Made by a program: the position numbers and the translations under genes
From: an uncultured Candidatus Saccharibacteria bacterium
GTDB lineage: Bacteria > Patescibacteriota > Doudnabacteria > UBA920
Assembly (NCBI GenBank): GCA_964512925.1
Contig: CAZEKH010000002.1
Coordinates: 122,505 to 186,504, forward strand
Length of the DNA: 64,000 nucleotides
Reading direction: 5' to 3'
Part shown: in pieces, positions 61,829-64,000 of the stretch
Numbering within the stretch: the stretch's first letter is position 1
Layout of the letters: every line of letters starts with the position of its first letter
Notes under the pieces: generated by a model
The model's database searches: none
What the model saw: the letters and a program-made list of their open reading frames with translations, nothing else
Told to the model about the DNA's origin: nothing

Positions 61829-62137
61829 TCAGGCTCCCATGTGGAGAGTGGCAAATAAAATATAAAATATAAAAAATGACCATAAGCTAAGCAAGCTAAT
61901 TAGTAACATTAAAATTTTTTTATACTTTAAATTTTTAGATTTATATATATTAATCATTACTATAATTAGACCAATAAACTGGAAAAGGGTGATATATATT
62001 AAACTTAGATGATTGTCATCATTAGATATATAATTTTTATTAAAAGGTAAAATTCCTAAAATAGGACTCCATAAAATCTCCGGTACCGCAAACATCCCTA
62101 AACCTATATACAACCAATTTTTATGTCTTTTTTCCAT
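61829..62137 (-). CDS. small three-TM membrane protein
   Basis: GLGMFAVPEILWSP plus two further hydrophobic helices. Confidence 0.65.
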   Translation of the reverse strand: MEKRHKNWLYIGLGMFAVPEILWSPILGILPFNKNYISNDDNHLSLIYITLFQFIGLIIVMINIYKSKNLKYKKILMLLISLLSLWSFFIFYILFATLHMGA

Positions 62138-62423
62138 ATTTTTCCTTTCAAAAAAAGCCGCCATAAAAGGCGACTTTTAATATTTGAAGCTAAATAACAG
62201 TTTAATATTTTTCAACATCATAATACAATAACTATAACTCTGAGAGGTATTTGGTGTCAAAAAGGTTTTTCCACAGGAAATTTTAACTTGTTTTATATAG
62301 ATTTTCTATCATTGACAGCATCCCAACCCAATTTGATCCGCCTTGTAGCCCACATACGAGCAGGTAACGATTTTTAACCGATTCTCCTGACATTCACCTC
62401 CCTCACCAACCAAACCCAACCTC

Positions 62424-62457
62424 TGTCAAACTAGTCACATATGTGACTAGTTTGACA
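62424..62457. repeat. 34-bp perfect palindrome, copy 2
   Basis: TGTCAAACTAGTCACATATGTGACTAGTTTGACA. Confidence 0.85.
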
Positions 62458-62564
62458 TTTTTAACTTTTGCAATTGTTGTAGGTTTTCTTGTAATTTTTC
62501 CAAACCGCCTTCAACCTTCCTAAATCCATCTTTAAAAAATCCCAATCACTTTAAAAAATTTTGC

Positions 62565-62598
62565 TGTCAACTATGACACATATGTGTTACGTTTGACA
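62565..62598. repeat. 34-bp palindromic site, copy 3
   Basis: TGTCAACTATGACACATATGTGTTACGTTTGACA. Confidence 0.85.
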
Positions 62599-62821
62599 GC
62601 AATTCAAAATGCTAAAAATTTTGCTTTTAAAGGATCTATCAAACGCAACATAATTATAAACAAAATTTGAAAAATTTATTGTAGATTTTGATTTGAATTT
62701 AGACCTTGAGGGTTTTGAGACGCTAAATGATTCAACATCTTGCATACAATAAAGCGACACTTCAAAAAACTCAGTGGAAATTCTAGGATATTTACTCAAA
62801 AAAACCAATAAAATACAAATT

Positions 62822-62855
62822 AAAAAACATTCCGTTTATAGCGGAATGTTTTTTT
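62822..62855. terminator. bidirectional terminator
   Basis: AAAAAACATTCCGT/GCGGAATGTTTTTT. Confidence 0.7.
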
Positions 62856-62879
62856 CATATCTTAGTTACAGTGCGAAAG

Positions 62880-63416
62880 CTACTTTTTGATGACAAAATT
62901 TATTGTTACTGTATTAATCTTGGTTTTCTTGTTAACCTCTATAGCCACTTGTGCTGTGATGTTATCCTTTTTTGCGGATATGGATTTTGTTTCCGGCAGA
63001 TCCAAAACAGTTAAAAGCTGCCATTTTTCTTTGTCAAAAAAATCCTTATACGTCTTATACAACACCGCGGAATTAACCTTGCTCTCATACGACCTGGTTG
63101 CCTGGACTTTCAGATTGTTGGAAACATTATAATTTTCTGTCAAAATTCCGCCAGGCGGCACAGGAAAAGATTCCAAAAACCCGTCAGGAAACTTGTCAAA
63201 AGCAACCTGAGTCACTGTTGACGGGCCGGAGGTGGCGTTGTCGTTTTGAGTTTTTTGGATTTCGGGAGCCGGCTGTTTTACTTTTTTACCTCCCCAAAAA
63301 ATATAAGCTAAAACGGCAATTACAACTACTGCCAGCAGCAAAAAAATCAAAGACATTTTGCTGTTTTTATTTTGGGACTGAACCGGGGGCGCGGGAAAAT
63401 TATTCATATTTTCCAT
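62880..63416 (-). CDS. single-pass membrane hypothetical protein
   Basis: TM helix followed by PDGF..FPVP..Y..FF..W domain. Confidence 0.75.
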   Translation of the reverse strand: MENMNNFPAPPVQSQNKNSKMSLIFLLLAVVVIAVLAYIFWGGKKVKQPAPEIQKTQNDNATSGPSTVTQVAFDKFPDGFLESFPVPPGGILTENYNVSNNLKVQATRSYESKVNSAVLYKTYKDFFDKEKWQLLTVLDLPETKSISAKKDNITAQVAIEVNKKTKINTVTINFVIKK

Positions 63417-63546
63417 AATTTTTGTTTCTCAAATCTTAATGACTTTATGTGTTTATATAATAGTACAAATTTTCTCAAAATACAAATATCAAGGGAAATA
63501 CTCCTATAAGACACTCCAGATGCCTACGAAAAAACAGCATAGAAAG

Positions 63547-64000
63547 TTACATAATTAGCGTAACACAAAAGATAACTAAAAAAGCCGAGTTAATAATTGA
63601 ACGTGTATGCTGAATTTTGGGCTTTATGCCGATCTGCAGCATAAGCAAGGTTAAAAAAATACTTATAAATAACCAATAAAATTGCTGGGATAAACCCTCC
63701 TCTGGAATGCTTTTACCCGCATACAAAAACGAGGTTGACTTGGAATAGCTAAAGGGTTGCGTCTTATCGCTTAAACCAAAATTATTCTCCAAACTTGGGC
63801 TAAAATTTGGTCCCAAACTTTTTGCCTGCTCGCCGTTTGCTCCATAAGCAGTAACAGAAACCGTCAAAGAATTTTTGACCAGTCTAAACTCATCTATATA
63901 CCCTTCCCAGACATTTTGTCCTTTGGAGTCCAACATCAATGAAGCATTTCCAAAACTGGCAACCACCTTAACTGCCGGACCCTGAGTTTTGACCTGGATT
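63547..64000 (-). CDS. 3' part of a membrane-anchored protein (starts beyond the window)
   Basis: frame is open to the window end; two C-terminal TM helices. Confidence 0.65.
   Translation of the reverse strand, partial: IQVKTQGPAVKVVASFGNASLMLDSKGQNVWEGYIDEFRLVKNSLTVSVTAYGANGEQAKSLGPNFSPSLENNFGLSDKTQPFSYSKSTSFLYAGKSIPEEGLSQQFYWLFISIFLTLLMLQIGIKPKIQHTRSIINSAFLVIFCVTLIM

Noticed and set aside
62260-62810. Short ORFs or a transposase remnant around the 34-bp palindromes
   Set aside because: Only short fragments, with no HUH/Y1 or DDE motif; cannot be supported.

Overview
This is a bacterial chromosomal window in genetic code 11 that looks like Patescibacteria/CPR. That assignment is inferred from the unlinked, insertion-rich 23S rRNA, the CPR-style pilMNO-pilB-pilT-pilC-pilin-pilD cluster, the scarcity of Shine-Dalgarno sites and the many small palindromic repeats. 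In order it holds: a lower-glycolysis/glycerate block (pyk, eno, D-2-hydroxyacid dehydrogenase, glycerate 2-kinase); EndoQ; an inositol monophosphatase; a co-oriented trmB-glmS-tdh-kbl-yvcK-GNAT-(GxxExxY remnant)-truncated glmU cluster; 5S and 23S rRNA without 16S, the 23S carrying four insertions; ligA; a LysM protein; a complete type IV pilus locus; tRNA-Ala and tRNA-Ile; guaA; a type III R-M island with an internal DUF3800 gene; DUF1905, VIT1, recQ and guaB; a 1474-aa surface protein; a subtilase; and a secreted lipase-like protein. Six observations stand out. (1) An apparent leader-peptide transcription attenuator sits between the 23S promoter and the 23S gene. (2) A UDP-GlcNAc cluster has GlmU without its acetyltransferase domain, beside a GNA1-like GNAT and Tdh/Kbl that could supply acetyl-CoA from threonine. 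(3) A promoter-driven structured RNA runs antisense to the DUF3800 gene inside the R-M operon. (4) 23S helix 63 carries a ~320-nt multi-hairpin expansion, and three 7-nt-periodic hairpins are inserted elsewhere in the 23S. (5) Repeat and palindrome families are inserted in-frame in housekeeping proteins. (6) 34-bp palindromic direct repeats bracket the lipase cassette. All calls were made by eye; no searches or folding programs were run.
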